Assembly (NCBI GenBank): GCA_946965045.2 | Contig: OX337232.1 | Span: forward strand, 310,001 to 374,000 | Length of the DNA: 64,000 nucleotides | DNA from: Epithemia pelagica | Lineage: Eukaryota; Protista; Bacillariophyta | Direction: 5' to 3' | Part shown: one piece after another, positions 1 to 11,804 of the stretch | Numbering within the stretch: position 1 is the first letter of the stretch | Layout: each line of letters opens with the position of its first letter | Position numbers and translations under genes: made by a program | Notes under the pieces: model-generated | The model's input: only the letters and a program-made list of their open reading frames with translations | Told to the model about the DNA's origin: nothing | Databases searched by the model: none

Positions 1-560
1 TACATTTGACTTTGTGCCGTTCCCCCATACAGTAGACGTACATTGTCCGACAGAAATGGCAGGACTGCCGTGATAATGATTGGCGCTTCCTTGCAGTGCC
101 AATGCCGTTTCTTGTTGACTTTCCAACCTTCGGATTCCCACAGTTTCCAGGCCACCAAGGTTTTGAGCGACATGTCCGGAGGAATGTCGGAAACACAAAC
201 AAACTTCCACACGGCCAATTCCAACAAACACATTTGTTCAAGGATCTTGTACGCTTCGAGGAATTTCTTGGCACGCCTCAACAATGACTGGTCTCGTTCG
301 AGAATGGCTCGTCCCAACAACGCTGTAGCTCGATCACGGTGAATGTGATAGACGATATAACGCTTGATGGATTCATTGATCTCTCGACCTTCGTCCAGCA
401 TGCTTTCGCTTCTAGGAGATCCCCAGTTGGACTCTACTGCCACGGCGTGTCTCACACGCGACCGGTCACGACCCCCCTCAAAACGTCTACGTGCTCGACC
501 AACAGTCTCAGCAGCAGCCGCCGCATCCGCATCGTCCCGAATCACTACCACATTGTCCAT
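1..560 (-). pseudogene. Paralog of the 1675-2208 hypothetical gene, with a -1 frameshift in a G run near 480; runs off the window edge
   Basis: Starts ATG GAC AAT GTG GTA GTG ATT CGG like the 2208 copy and shares MLDEGREINESIKRYIV and IIITAVLPFL. It has GAGGGGGT where the other copy has GAGGGTGGT, which could be an assembly indel. Confidence 0.6.
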
Positions 561-749
561 TTTGCTTCAACAGAATCCCAAACAACAACAGCTCTTGTTA
601 TGCGTAACCGCAGAGGATACAAAAGCTGATAGAAAAGATCTCAAATACCGCGACCGAAAAGATTCAGAGTACCTTTTTTGCTAGGCGCATATGCACTATG
701 CACGTAAAGTGCTCTTGAGACTTACCTCATTTTAGGAAACGCAAGCGTC

Positions 750-1090
750 CTAGTATGATCCTTCCAGTTTTTTAGCAGAACTGTATGGTCTGACGAATAA
801 ATGTCGTAATCGGAATGGAGCTCCAGATGTTGTCGCGATTGGATCTACCGCCACGACTTGTGGTTCGAGAGTGGTAGCAGTCGTCGTATTTGGGTGGTGT
901 TGCCGCCCGCCCCAACTATATAATAGGAGTAGGTACTGGGGCAACCGACGATTGCGTCGTAGCAAGGCAACAATCTCCAAAGGAATGGGAAATGATGATG
1001 AACGTACAGGATCAAGGTCACAAATCGATCGACATGCTTCCCCTTCATCTCCACCCAAGGCGTTCCTAACGACTCCCTTCACTCACATCG
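750..1090 (-). repeat. Duplicated 3' tail fragment of the LRR-like gene (matches about 2480-2790)
   Basis: Shares SSSFPIPL[E/K]IVALLRRNR and ctagtatgatcctt with 2480-2760. Confidence 0.6.
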
Positions 1091-1674
1091 CATCCCATTC
1101 TAATAATTCTTGCGAATCTTGTCGGTCAGAAAAGGGAAGGACTACTGTCATAATAGTCTAGGCTTCCTCGCATTACACCCGTTCCCATATCAAGGAGGTC
1201 TGGCGCTCCGCGTCGTCGAAAGGCCCATTCGAGATACAAACAAGTCTCTCCATGTCTGTATAACATGCCGTTCCATGTTTTGACCCGGCTCAACACAAAA
1301 GGACCCAAACAAACGGCCATATGGTGCCCGACATGGAACACACTATCTGCCATTACAAGAACACCAAGACAAAACGGAACATTCTGCCTCAAAGAATAGC
1401 TGTGGTGTACGGATACAGTCGTGATTCGTGATGGATGATTCTGTATTGGATTGCTCAACAACCCGAGTTTGGCTCGTAAGTCTGGCTCGTATTCCCAACC
1501 AATGCTACAAAAAAGAAAGAGTTAGCTTCAGATTCCTTAGATATGAGAGTGTGAGTTAGCAACCTTTGTTGAACATACCACGCCTGTCATGAATGGTTCG
1601 TTTTAGCCTCCCCAAATGGTTTCTCTCTAACCATTTTCCTTTGCTTTCGTTCATAAACTTGGAACGTCCGCACT

Positions 1675-2208
1675 TTATACCGTCTCCAGATACTGTATAC
1701 GTACCTTGTCGGACAGAAAGGGAAGGACTGCCGTGATAATGATCGGAGTTTCCTTGCAATGGACGTGTCGTTCCTTGTTCACTTTCCAACCTTCCGATTC
1801 CCACAGTTTCCAGGCCACCAAGGTTTTGAGCGACATGTCGGGAGGAATGTCGGAAACGGCCAATTGCAGCAAGCACACTTGTTCGAGGGTCTTGTATGCT
1901 TCGAGCAATCTCTTGGCACGTCTCAACAACGAGTTTTCTCCTTCGAGGATGGCTCGTCCCAGCAACGCCGTTGTTTTGTCACGATGAATGGGATAGACGA
2001 TATAACGCTTGATGGATTCATTGATCTCCCGACCTTCGTCCAGCATTTCCGTTGACACGGCGTGTCTCACGTAACGTGGCCGGTCACGACCACCCTCATA
2101 AGTTGACCCCCAAACCCGACGTTGTCCTGGACGAACAGCCTCAGCAGCAGGAGGAGGAGGAGGAGGCGGAACATCAACATCTTCCCGAATCACTACCACA
2201 TTGTCCAT
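1675..2208 (-). CDS. Hypothetical protein with a diatom-type C-terminal LLxLA...IIxxVLPFL motif; may be spliced at a GTACGT near 1700
   Basis: 177-aa ATG ORF with a conserved paralog at 1-560; the motif is recalled from diatom gene families. Confidence 0.6.
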   Translation of the reverse strand: MDNVVVIREDVDVPPPPPPPAAEAVRPGQRRVWGSTYEGGRDRPRYVRHAVSTEMLDEGREINESIKRYIVYPIHRDKTTALLGRAILEGENSLLRRAKRLLEAYKTLEQVCLLQLAVSDIPPDMSLKTLVAWKLWESEGWKVNKERHVHCKETPIIITAVLPFLSDKVRIQYLETV

Positions 2209-3103
2209 TTTGCGTTTGCGTCAATATCAACAGACTCTCTAATAGATAACATGCGTTCCATCAACCTCGAATTCGCAAGGCCACAGTCTTCTGACCACAA
2301 TGGAAAAGATCTCCCGAATGAGTCGCACCTTTCTTGCTATGCTGCAATGTACTCATACTATCTAGTAGGTATAGTAGCTAGGAGTATACTCCTACGTAAC
2401 ATGTGATTCTAGGTAGGTAGGAGTAGGTTGGATTCTAGAAACTCTTGACCAACAATCTTTGAAATCACCAGAAACGTTTTCGTCCTAGTATGATCCTTAC
2501 ATTAGTCTTTCGTTGGAACTGTATGGTGATACGGAATGGTGCAATCCGATTGGAGCTCCAGCGTTTGTTGTTGTGACGATTGGATCTACTACCACCAAGA
2601 CGTGTGTGATTCGAGCCTTGCAGCAGTCGTCGTGTTCGGGTAGTGTTGCTGCCCACCCCAGTTCTTCGACTATATATACTAGGGCAACTGACGATTGCGT
2701 CGCAGCAAGGCAACAATCTTCAAAGGAATAGGAAATGATGACGACGACGTACAATGAGTGTCACTGTGTGCGGATTGGTCTTGTTCCATGGTATCCAAAG
2801 GGACAAACGACCTGGCCTTCTCGTGGTGGTCCATGGTATCGTCGTTGTCCATCCCTCCATTGGTGGTCAGTGATGGGACATGCATTGTCGTCCGAGAAGG
2901 AAAAGGACTGAGACGTTGGATCTTGTTTTTGTGTTGAAAGGCCTCCACCACCTCGCGGATAAACGCGCTCTGTTGCTGATACGAAACCGACAAGAGAACA
3001 TGCCACGGAAGATACAAATCTGTCAAGTGTGGTAGTTGAAACAACTCATGCAACCACGAGTAGCCGCACCCGTCAGAGCTGTCATTCGTAGTTCTGGTGG
3101 TCA

Positions 3104-5698
3104 TCAAGGCACCGGGTTGGGACAATCCAAAACATGCAATGAACAAGAAGAAGAAGAAGACGAGTCTGTGGATATTGTCGCCAGAGCATGGCATAATTCA
3201 TCAAAGAAAGATGATGATGACGATGAGTCTCTTTTGGTCGAAGCCTGCTGATTGGATGAATATGTATCGTGTGGATCCGGCAGCTTCTTTTCCTCCCCGT
3301 CCGGTCTTAGGAAATCGTGGATCTCCTCGTGTACTGGTGATGGTGGTGGTACACTGTGATGAATGACTCGGGGTGTTTGTCCTTTGGTTTGCAACACGAG
3401 GGTATGCAATGAAGCATGGTGCACAATGGCTTGAATCAACTCGTGTTGTTGTTCTTGTTTTTGTGGATACGACTTGTTGCGTTGTTGATTTTGTGCTTGT
3501 TGGCTGCCTTGTACGAGTGGAGAATAAGAGCGAGTGGTACCATGGAATGAATGACAAGGTGCGACGGTGGTTGCTGGTGGAACGCCACGCAGTCTCAAGG
3601 TATGGAGATGGGATTGTTCCTGAACGAGTTGAGTTATCAACGACCATGGGGGACAGTCACTTCCCTGGAGATGCAAGGTGACCTCGGTCAATGCCAATTG
3701 GGGACACAACATGACATGGTTGTTGTTGTTGCTGATGATGGAGGCGGCATTGGACAGAGACAAGGTCAAGTGTGTCAAGTGGGGACAGGTGGTATTCAAA
3801 TTGTTACACAAGGCACGAACTCGTGATGGACTCAATCCTCGTCGTCCACTACCATCACCAACACCCTGCAAGGTCAAGGACACCAGGGGAGGAGGAGTTG
3901 TGGTCCCACTGCCTGTTGTGGCACTGTCTGTGGTTGTTGTTGTTGTTGTGGGGGGAATGAAGTGCCTCCAAAACTGGACCGGTAAGACGGTGGGCAAGGA
4001 GGAATCATCCACATGCAAGGCCACTTTTACAGTTGTTGTTGTTGTTGCTGTTGTCGTGGAGGAAAGGACATGCACGAGGGATTTCATAGTCTCTTGCAAC
4101 CTCGTGGGTTGTGTAAATTCTTGCAAGGCCATGCGAATGAGATGTGAATCGTCGCTCGTAGCATTGTGATTCTTCTGGCTGTTGGTGTTGGATATGCGTT
4201 TGACCGACACCAAGGGCACCAAGTCCAAGGACTGCCACATGGACGACGACGAGGATGACAATGACGTGACAAAGGCTTGGAACAAGGGTTGCACCACGTT
4301 TTGAATGGATGAACTGGATTCGCACAAGAGAGGCAACGACACGTGCTGCAGCCGAGGTGACAATGACGAGGATGACAAGGCACGACACAGGGCCGGAGAA
4401 GACTCCCACGGTCCGTGCCATTGAAATCTCTTTGGATTGCCATCCGAACGCGACAATGCAAACAAGTGTGCTTGGGGGGACACGGTCACGACCAAGGATT
4501 CCAACATGGGGTATTCTGTAGTAATGGGGACCAACCAATCCCAGTGACAATCGGGTCGATAGGGCCAATCTTGCAAGGTCAACTGTCGTAACGATTGGCG
4601 TGAACCATGCAAGGCCTGATACAACCAGTGAATCGAAGAAGGAGTGCTTTTTTGTAGTGTGGGATCCTCCTCCACACAAGTATCCGTACTACTACTTGGG
4701 GTTGTCGGATCCAGCTTGAAATAACACAAGTGCACTTGCTCCAAGTTTGTGACAGGTTCCAGAGCTCGAGCCAGTGTTTCCAGATTGGAACAAGGAGGAG
4801 AAGAAGAAGAAGAAGAATCCGTTTGGATTCGTCGTGGTGTCCGATCCAACAGACACAGGAATACACCTGTCGAATGTGATGTACGAGGATTTGTGGCCGA
4901 GACTGTGGATTGTTGTTGTTGTTGTTGTTGCAAGAGGGTGGACACAAAGGTACAGGGATATCGCAGGTCCAGACCCAATTCCCAGTGTCGGATACTGGTG
5001 GACGACAAGGATGACAAGGCACGAATCCACGACCACGAAACGTTGGTATCCATCAAACCACCGGGTGGATCACAGGCCAAACCAACTGTGGCACTCTCCC
5101 TCAAGAATTCAACCAGCAACTCGTGCCAGAGGGTCCGATCGCCCCCCGCGTCTCGTGGTGTGGTCGTTGTCGGCCCCTGGAGGGAATCCAATTCGACACG
5201 GTGCAATGGTCGTCGTTGGCGGATCCAGTCGTCATCTAGACACTGTTGGAGATAGCGAGCGTCTGGCACTCCCATGCAGGCCGTGGGCAAAAACAAGTAA
5301 GGGACCATCCCATCCTTTGGTTCTTCTTCATGTGGTTCTGGATGTTGTTGTTCTCCTCGGATCGAATGGTGGTTCTTAATAGCACTCATGGCGTGGTGCC
5401 AACACTGCTGCCATTCCTCTCGAATGGCTGGATGCACCACTGCTGCTGCTTCGTCATGTGGTGGTGGTGGTGGCAGAGTCCATTGGGTTTGGCATGGAGT
5501 GGTCGTCTCATGATTGTCGTGGTACAACAATGGTGATGCTGCTGCTGATGATGATGATGGTTGTTTTGGTAGACAACAGCTACCACTCGTCTCATTGTCA
5601 TGGACCACCAAACCAGGCGACAATGACGACGACGACAAGGATCCAGTGACAGCCTGTGGATCATCTCCTCGAGGACTCATTTTCTCTCTCTCTCGCAA
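3104..5698 (-). CDS. LRR/RNI-like protein; the 3' end is uncertain and probably continues in another frame to about 2680
   Basis: 864-aa ORF with recurring LxxLxL motifs (LEQVHL, LRQLTL, LESLVV, LVSLTL, LTHLTL, LHTLRL). It is conserved with the paralog at 38526-46985. Confidence 0.6.
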   Translation of the reverse strand: MREREKMSPRGDDPQAVTGSLSSSSLSPGLVVHDNETSGSCCLPKQPSSSSAAASPLLYHDNHETTTPCQTQWTLPPPPPHDEAAAVVHPAIREEWQQCWHHAMSAIKNHHSIRGEQQHPEPHEEEPKDGMVPYLFLPTACMGVPDARYLQQCLDDDWIRQRRPLHRVELDSLQGPTTTTPRDAGGDRTLWHELLVEFLRESATVGLACDPPGGLMDTNVSWSWIRALSSLSSTSIRHWELGLDLRYPCTFVSTLLQQQQQQQSTVSATNPRTSHSTGVFLCLLDRTPRRIQTDSSSSSSPPCSNLETLARALEPVTNLEQVHLCYFKLDPTTPSSSTDTCVEEDPTLQKSTPSSIHWLYQALHGSRQSLRQLTLQDWPYRPDCHWDWLVPITTEYPMLESLVVTVSPQAHLFALSRSDGNPKRFQWHGPWESSPALCRALSSSSLSPRLQHVSLPLLCESSSSIQNVVQPLFQAFVTSLSSSSSSMWQSLDLVPLVSVKRISNTNSQKNHNATSDDSHLIRMALQEFTQPTRLQETMKSLVHVLSSTTTATTTTTVKVALHVDDSSLPTVLPVQFWRHFIPPTTTTTTTDSATTGSGTTTPPPLVSLTLQGVGDGSGRRGLSPSRVRALCNNLNTTCPHLTHLTLSLSNAASIISNNNNHVMLCPQLALTEVTLHLQGSDCPPWSLITQLVQEQSHLHTLRLRGVPPATTVAPCHSFHGTTRSYSPLVQGSQQAQNQQRNKSYPQKQEQQHELIQAIVHHASLHTLVLQTKGQTPRVIHHSVPPPSPVHEEIHDFLRPDGEEKKLPDPHDTYSSNQQASTKRDSSSSSSFFDELCHALATISTDSSSSSSCSLHVLDCPNPVP

Positions 5699-6930
5699 AC
5701 GTCAGTGCCCTTTCTTGGTGGGTGGGTGGTCTGCCGTTCTATCGATTGGATGGTAGCAGTGTGTGAGCAAGGTCGTCCGACTGTCGAGAGTTTGGGGAGC
5801 CGAGAGAATCAATGTTGATTCTGGTTTGCAATCGCCTTCTACTGGTCTCTCTCTCTTTAAAAAAAAACAATCTCGCGTTCTGTTTTCTCAAAGGCAACAA
5901 CAAGCAGGAAAGACAAGAAAGTTGGAGAGACTGTCACACACCACTGCAACAACCAAACGATGCCAAAACTATTAAGTTGTTGTTGGAATGGTGACGTGCA
6001 CAACATACATCGTGTGTGTGTGGCCTTCCGATTCTCATTGTCGTATTGGGATACGAATCGGCAATTTTTCGAACCAAAACCCGAAACTCTTATTTTTTAG
6101 TATTGCCATGCGAATCTTTTTGGGGCCTATATCATTGCCAGCATCCCAGAACGCGCGGCGATTCGCGATTCACCATGATTTTGGAATTGCACACGCATGG
6201 TTTCGTGTGGGGCGCATGGTAGCACAAGCTCGGCCTGGTTCTCGACAACTGTTCCGACTGGAGGGATGGAATGGGTCCCGCCCAAAACGTGTGGTTGTCC
6301 CCAAGTCTCACGTTGTTCTACCTAGTAGTAGTAGTAGTAGGAGTAGCAGGAGTAGCAGGAGTAGTAGTGTCAGATGGACACAAGGAAATGATTCGGAATG
6401 TTGTGTCACCCGTGAAATTGGTCTCGTCGTCGAATAACAACAACAGAATCTTGTCTAGATGTGGTTGTGGGTCTTCTTGCTAGGTCCTTCCATTCGTGGA
6501 CACACCACGCTGGTAGGCACAGTGTGCTCATGCACGCAGTACGTGCTGAAATGTGCCGTGCTTGTGGTTTCTCGTGGCTGCTATACCTACGATTCCATCC
6601 GAACCGGAACAGTGAATGGCTCACCAGCAATACTACTACTACTATAATAATAATGTGAGAATGCCATTGGTGGTGTTTGGTGGACAACAACACACCAAGA
6701 CTTGTTGTTGTTCTTGTCGCAACCAGGCTGTCTCTCATCCACCACCACGGTCGTACGTCGGAAGAGGGCTTGGGGATCGTTCTACCGATACATCTCATAA
6801 AACGGATTGTCCGAAAAGCTTGACCCCCATCTCCTTTCCATCCATAATTTCTCTTATCCAATTCATCAGCTCTCCCTCTCTTCCTTCTCTCCTTGCGGTA
6901 TCTTTGCTCGAACCTCTCCTACCATCGAAA

Positions 6931-8811
6931 ATGTGCATTTCGACTCAAGTACGACGCCAAGCATCGCAATCGAAATCCATCGTCTCCTTGGACCAACAGC
7001 ATTTGTTGGCTCCCGAAAAGGTGGACAGCAGCAATAATCGCAACAGCAAGCAGACCAAGAAAAGTGGTGGTGGATCTACCAAACGAACTACCAGCAGTAA
7101 GCGACGATCGTCTACATCACATTCTCATCATCATCATCACCCTCAAATTGTGGTACAGCACAATTATCACGATCGTGCCCATGATTTGCCTCCTCCCTCT
7201 TCGCCCGCCTTTCACACACTGCTATCCTCCTTGGCTCCCTCCTCCCCACAGGCCGTAGTAGCAACAACAACCGAGCGATCACAACAGCAACAAGAAAACA
7301 AGCCGATTCTTCCCATGACCTCTCCTTCCATCACCAAATCCTCCTCCTCTATGGCACCGCCTAACGTGGATTGGGCGGCATGCTCCCCCCTCCGTACTTC
7401 GGCCACTACGCCCTTTCCTCTCAAGTTGTACGAAATGTTGGATCAAATTGATCGCCATGGAGGAGAACAAGAAGACAGTCACGTGGTTTCGTGGCAACCC
7501 CACGGTCGCTGCTTTGCCATTCACGATCCACAAGCCTTTAAGCAAGTCCTCTTGCCCCGGTACTTTCCCAAATTGTCCAAGGTTACCAGTTTTCAACGAC
7601 AATTGAACCTCTACGGTTTTGAACGCATTACGCAAGGCTTGGACAAGGGCAGCTATTACCACGAATGCTTTTTGCGGGGCAAACCCTATTTGGCCTACGA
7701 GATTCAACGCATCAAGGTCAAGGGGACCGGAGTTCGGGGCAAATCCAACCCCGATCAAGAACCCAACTTTTGGGCCATGGAATGGGTGGGTACCAGTCAC
7801 AACCCGACTTCGGCCATGTCCACCAGTCCAGAGTGGAACCATCCACAACAACAAGGTGTCAAGACGAGACGAAACAAGAAACCGTCCAGTCACAAAAAGA
7901 ACATCCTGAATGCCACTTCCAAGACTACCAAGCGTACCTCCATTACACCCTCCGCCAGCATGGACGAAGAAGAAGAAGCATCTATGGTTCCGGAACAAGC
8001 TGCTTCCTTGGTCACAAGTCCATCCTCTTCCTCCTCCAACAACAATAACAACGATTGTGTTTCGGTTGTGAGCAGCAGCGAAGATGAAGCGGAAGCCGAC
8101 AACAACAATGCTATGGATGCCGAGGATGATAACGAATCGTGCTTGCAACAACTGGGCTGTGCTACCACCAGCCAGACCTCTACTAGCAAGGGAGGTCTCC
8201 CCTACTCGGCGGCCAGCAGTGAAAACTTGGTTCTTCTCACCAGCATGGACATTGACACGACTGCGACCGCCTTGGAGCAGGCGGAGGACGAGACGAACCA
8301 TTCATCCACGGCCGTGTCGTGCAATGCCGCAGCCGTTGCGGCACTTTCTTCATCGTCCTCGTTTCCCTGGTTGTTTGCACCCACCGATGTCATTTTGACG
8401 GAATGGGGCATGCCCTTTCATGCCTTGGATGCTCTTCCCGAAGATATTGTCTCCCATGCGCAACACCACCATTCTACCATAACATGCATCAAGAATAACA
8501 ACAGCATCCAGACCACCAAAACACCTCCTCCCTCTCCCGATCAAGATGCCGTCGATCATTATTGTGATGCCTTGCCTCCTCTCGTGAACAATACCAGCCA
8601 AAACTTTGAGGGAGATTTGGAAGATCAATGGTACATGGAACAAGTCCTGTGTCGTATGGTGCACGATCGAGAATTGCAACAACAGCAACATGACGACAAT
8701 GACGGCGAGGAAGATCAAGGACCAGCCTTCTTGTCCCACCACAATGACGACGAGGAAGATCATGACGATCACGAACTGGTGGGTCTTTTGGATTCCATTA
8801 CTGCCGTATGA
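6931..8811 (+). CDS. HSF: Heat shock transcription factor (HSF-type DNA-binding domain)
   Basis: FPLKLYEMLD...VSWQPHGRCFAIHD...SFQRQLNLYGFERI...YYHECFLRG. The ORF is open from 6616; the likely ATG is at 6931. Confidence 0.92.
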   Translation: MCISTQVRRQASQSKSIVSLDQQHLLAPEKVDSSNNRNSKQTKKSGGGSTKRTTSSKRRSSTSHSHHHHHPQIVVQHNYHDRAHDLPPPSSPAFHTLLSSLAPSSPQAVVATTTERSQQQQENKPILPMTSPSITKSSSSMAPPNVDWAACSPLRTSATTPFPLKLYEMLDQIDRHGGEQEDSHVVSWQPHGRCFAIHDPQAFKQVLLPRYFPKLSKVTSFQRQLNLYGFERITQGLDKGSYYHECFLRGKPYLAYEIQRIKVKGTGVRGKSNPDQEPNFWAMEWVGTSHNPTSAMSTSPEWNHPQQQGVKTRRNKKPSSHKKNILNATSKTTKRTSITPSASMDEEEEASMVPEQAASLVTSPSSSSSNNNNNDCVSVVSSSEDEAEADNNNAMDAEDDNESCLQQLGCATTSQTSTSKGGLPYSAASSENLVLLTSMDIDTTATALEQAEDETNHSSTAVSCNAAAVAALSSSSSFPWLFAPTDVILTEWGMPFHALDALPEDIVSHAQHHHSTITCIKNNNSIQTTKTPPPSPDQDAVDHYCDALPPLVNNTSQNFEGDLEDQWYMEQVLCRMVHDRELQQQQHDDNDGEEDQGPAFLSHHNDDEEDHDDHELVGLLDSITAV

Positions 8812-9049
8812 ATGAACACACAAAAAAGAAGAAAACGCCATGGAACTTGTTGTCCTGGGGAATAGAGGACAAGATTGCTTTGTATCGGGGACTTGCCCCT
8901 GCAAGGTTCCAAAACGGTAGTGTGTGGGGTACCACCTAGCAAATGCATGTATTGGTTTGTTTCCGTCCAGCAAGCATCCTTGCAGTGCCACAAAACAAGA
9001 CAACGCACAACAGGAAAGAAACAAAACCGAGGATGAACTTCAAGCGATT

Positions 9050-9084
9050 GAGGAATGACAGTACGAGTCGTACTGTCATTCCTC
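9050..9084. repeat. Perfect 35-bp palindrome (17-bp arms, 1-nt centre)
   Basis: gaggaatgacagtacga-g-tcgtactgtcattcctc. Confidence 0.9.
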
Positions 9085-10709
9085 TAGTTTGTAGGAGTAC
9101 GGCGACGGCTACTCGATGCCCTCAACCGTCGGCCAGAGCTGTCTCGTTTCGGTGAAACCAAGTCTCTTGGTTACCATTCGTCACAAGTCCGCGATGGAAT
9201 TTACTCTAGAATACAATTATTAATCCAAGAGATGGACTACCTAATCTATTGCGTTGGTGGTTACGACCGCTGTCATTTCCAGCGACACTACTCCAGTGAC
9301 AACAATGACCCTGTCCATCAAGGGATGGAACCAAGAGGAATAGGGGTCATGGTCATATTCGTACTCCTATGATGTTGTGCTATTTTGTTATCATCTTCTG
9401 AGACACAATCTGCAGAATGGAATGTCTCCAATGACAAATGACAAATGACTGGGTCGCTCGAAGGGCAAACATTGCAGTTATCCTTGCTAACCATCGAAAA
9501 AAATTACTCCTACTCATAATGTCACTGTCGAACGACTCAAACAGTCAAACAGTCACTGTTTGCTATCGTTGACGAGTGAGCGATACCCGTGGATAGATTC
9601 TTTTCTGATAGAACATAGTTAGGGTCCCGCGCGAACCAGCATCCAATCGAATTGGGTCGGTTGTCGGTTGGTAGAATTTCGTTTGATGTTTGTTGTTTGT
9701 GTCGGTGTCTGTCTCGTGCCGTCTGGATGACTCTCTGTTTCTGTCGCAATCGGAGCCAGCGACCGAACAACTACACATGATTGGACAACGACATACAACT
9801 GTTCGGAGGGATTCGTTCGGAGAAAAGACGCCAAGGCCAAACGTGAAGTGTCAAACGTGCGACACCAAGAGCCGAACAAGAGGGATGCTATGAAGTGCCT
9901 CAAAGGGAATTGCCGCCCCTAAATTAAATATATTACCTGCAACAGGGGGAAGTTTGAATTTCAAAAATAGATATAGTGCTCATTTTACTGTATAATTCAT
10001 TCCAATTAAGGGGTTACCGTGCAAATTACATGTTCAAAGGGGGCATCATGAGACCCGAAATTCGGGATGTCACCCCTCTATTTCTTCCGGTAGTCCGATT
10101 CCTGCCAAATTGTGACACCATCCAATGTCCCTCCGTGTTCCACACTCGTCAACCGACAAGCAACGGTGATGGCGTGAAAAAGATTCTCGTTCACTGGTCA
10201 ACCACGTTGTTTGTTGGTTTGTTCTCCACAAAACAAACAACCAGGTGTAGTAGTCAGTCCTAGCAAATACTACCACAAGAACACACCCAAAAACGAACCA
10301 AGCACGAGTCCTTTTCTGACGACTTCGTGTTTCTTTCCTGGATTGCCCATAACCATAATCTCATCATCTGTCAATCGAATTTCGAATCTCTCATTGCTAT
10401 AGAGAACTACTGACACATCCAAGAAACATCTTCGAAAGAAACCGGTGGGTTTGAATCATCATTGGCTCACCAAGGACACCATCCTCCTACCTAGACTGCC
10501 GAACGAGGAGAACACAAGTGTGTCGAGACATCCCAGGACCGTGGGAAGAAAAAGCGTGGATGCATGCATGGTGTCCACCGAGGGCCGACTCGAACCGCAC
10601 TACCACAATTCGTACCACGCCCACACTTCCCCTCCGAACCAAATTACCATTTTCCAAACCATCCAAGACAGGTTTCTCCAAACAATCGAATCCTACTAGC
10701 ACGACGACC

Positions 10710-11432
10710 ATGGTGATCAAGAAACGAAGCTTTCGACCCACTGTGTTTCTCTCGTTTGGTGGAGGTCCCAAACCCAAACAATCCTCAACAGCAACCACTA
10801 CTAGTACTCTACGATCACTCAAGGCGCCACAGGAAAGCAACTCGTCGCAATTGTCCACCGAGGATGCCACCCATCATCATCATCATCATGATGGGTTCCA
10901 ACAGGACGATGAATTTTTGTATTCGACAAGGGATGCACCTTCATCCCATTCTCCAAGAAAAGACGTACGATTTAATGAAAGGGTCCAAGTGATTGAGTTT
11001 TATAGGGGCAATCGAACATGTGATGACTTGTGGTACACGGCACCCGATTATCAACGATTTCAACAAGCCAAGAGTTTGTTAGCCAGGGGAGTGATCAAAT
11101 CCATGCCACATTATGTCAAGGCACTCAAATTAACCTATCAAGCCTGTTGTCAGAACCGATCACCACTGCAACCACACAACAATTTGGCTGTAATGGATGG
11201 CAACAAAGACACGGCCGCCTTGGTCCATGTTCTGGAACCGGATTTGTTGGGGTTGGAAGATGTGTGTTTGGCCGATACGATTCGCAGTGACGACAAGCGG
11301 CAAAAGATACTCAAGGCCGTACAGTCGCAACAAAGCAATGTCGACCGCCTCCGAAAAACATGTGAAACTCTGTCACGACCCTCGCGTCTCTTTGCTCAAC
11401 AATTGGGCAAGGCCTGGGCGCAGATTGATTAA
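10710..11432 (+). CDS. Diatom-type hypothetical protein (VRFxxxVxV...LWY motif family)
   Basis: KDVRFNERVQVIEF...LWYTAPDYQRF...LLGLE; ATG at 10710 lies within ORF 10518-11432. Confidence 0.7.
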   Translation: MVIKKRSFRPTVFLSFGGGPKPKQSSTATTTSTLRSLKAPQESNSSQLSTEDATHHHHHHDGFQQDDEFLYSTRDAPSSHSPRKDVRFNERVQVIEFYRGNRTCDDLWYTAPDYQRFQQAKSLLARGVIKSMPHYVKALKLTYQACCQNRSPLQPHNNLAVMDGNKDTAALVHVLEPDLLGLEDVCLADTIRSDDKRQKILKAVQSQQSNVDRLRKTCETLSRPSRLFAQQLGKAWAQID

Positions 11433-11549
11433 ATCGGTCGAGTGCGCTCCTGTTTTGTACATTTTCCTTGTGTTGTTACTACCTTGTTGTACAAATGCCA
11501 AGGATTGCAGTGTAACCTAGTTTTAAAAGAATCACTCATCCAATTCCTA

Positions 11550-11804
11550 CTGCCTAGTGTCTAGTCTACCGGTCTCTGTCCTCATATGAGGACATCATGT
11601 ACAAGATATTGAAGCCTGGCAACCTTTACCAAGATATTAAAGCCTGACAACTGGTACTATGACCAAACTAAACCTGAGGAAAACTATGGTGCCATCCATT
11701 TTTCTCTATGCTGCAAAGAATACCATGAACTGAGATGTGCCAAATGTGTCCTCATATGAGGATATGTCCTCATATGAGGACAATGGTAGACTAGACACTA
11801 GGAG
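11550..11804. mobile_element. MITE-like non-autonomous DNA element, TA-flanked
   Basis: Perfect 18-bp inverted repeat: cctagtgtctagtctacc (11553-11570) and ggtagactagacactagg (11785-11802). TA at 11548-49 and 11805-06. Three internal TGTCCTCATATGAGGACA palindromes. Confidence 0.7.

Noticed and set aside
3859-3868. cagggtgttg on the minus strand matches the first 10 bp of the hAT TIR, at the position equivalent to the copia insertion site
   Set aside because: There is no second end or TSD, and the deletion breakpoints do not coincide with it. Probably chance.
9092-9512. taggagta/tactccta pair as MITE ends
   Set aside because: The orientation is the reverse of the 11550 element, the match is only 8 bp and the motif recurs elsewhere.
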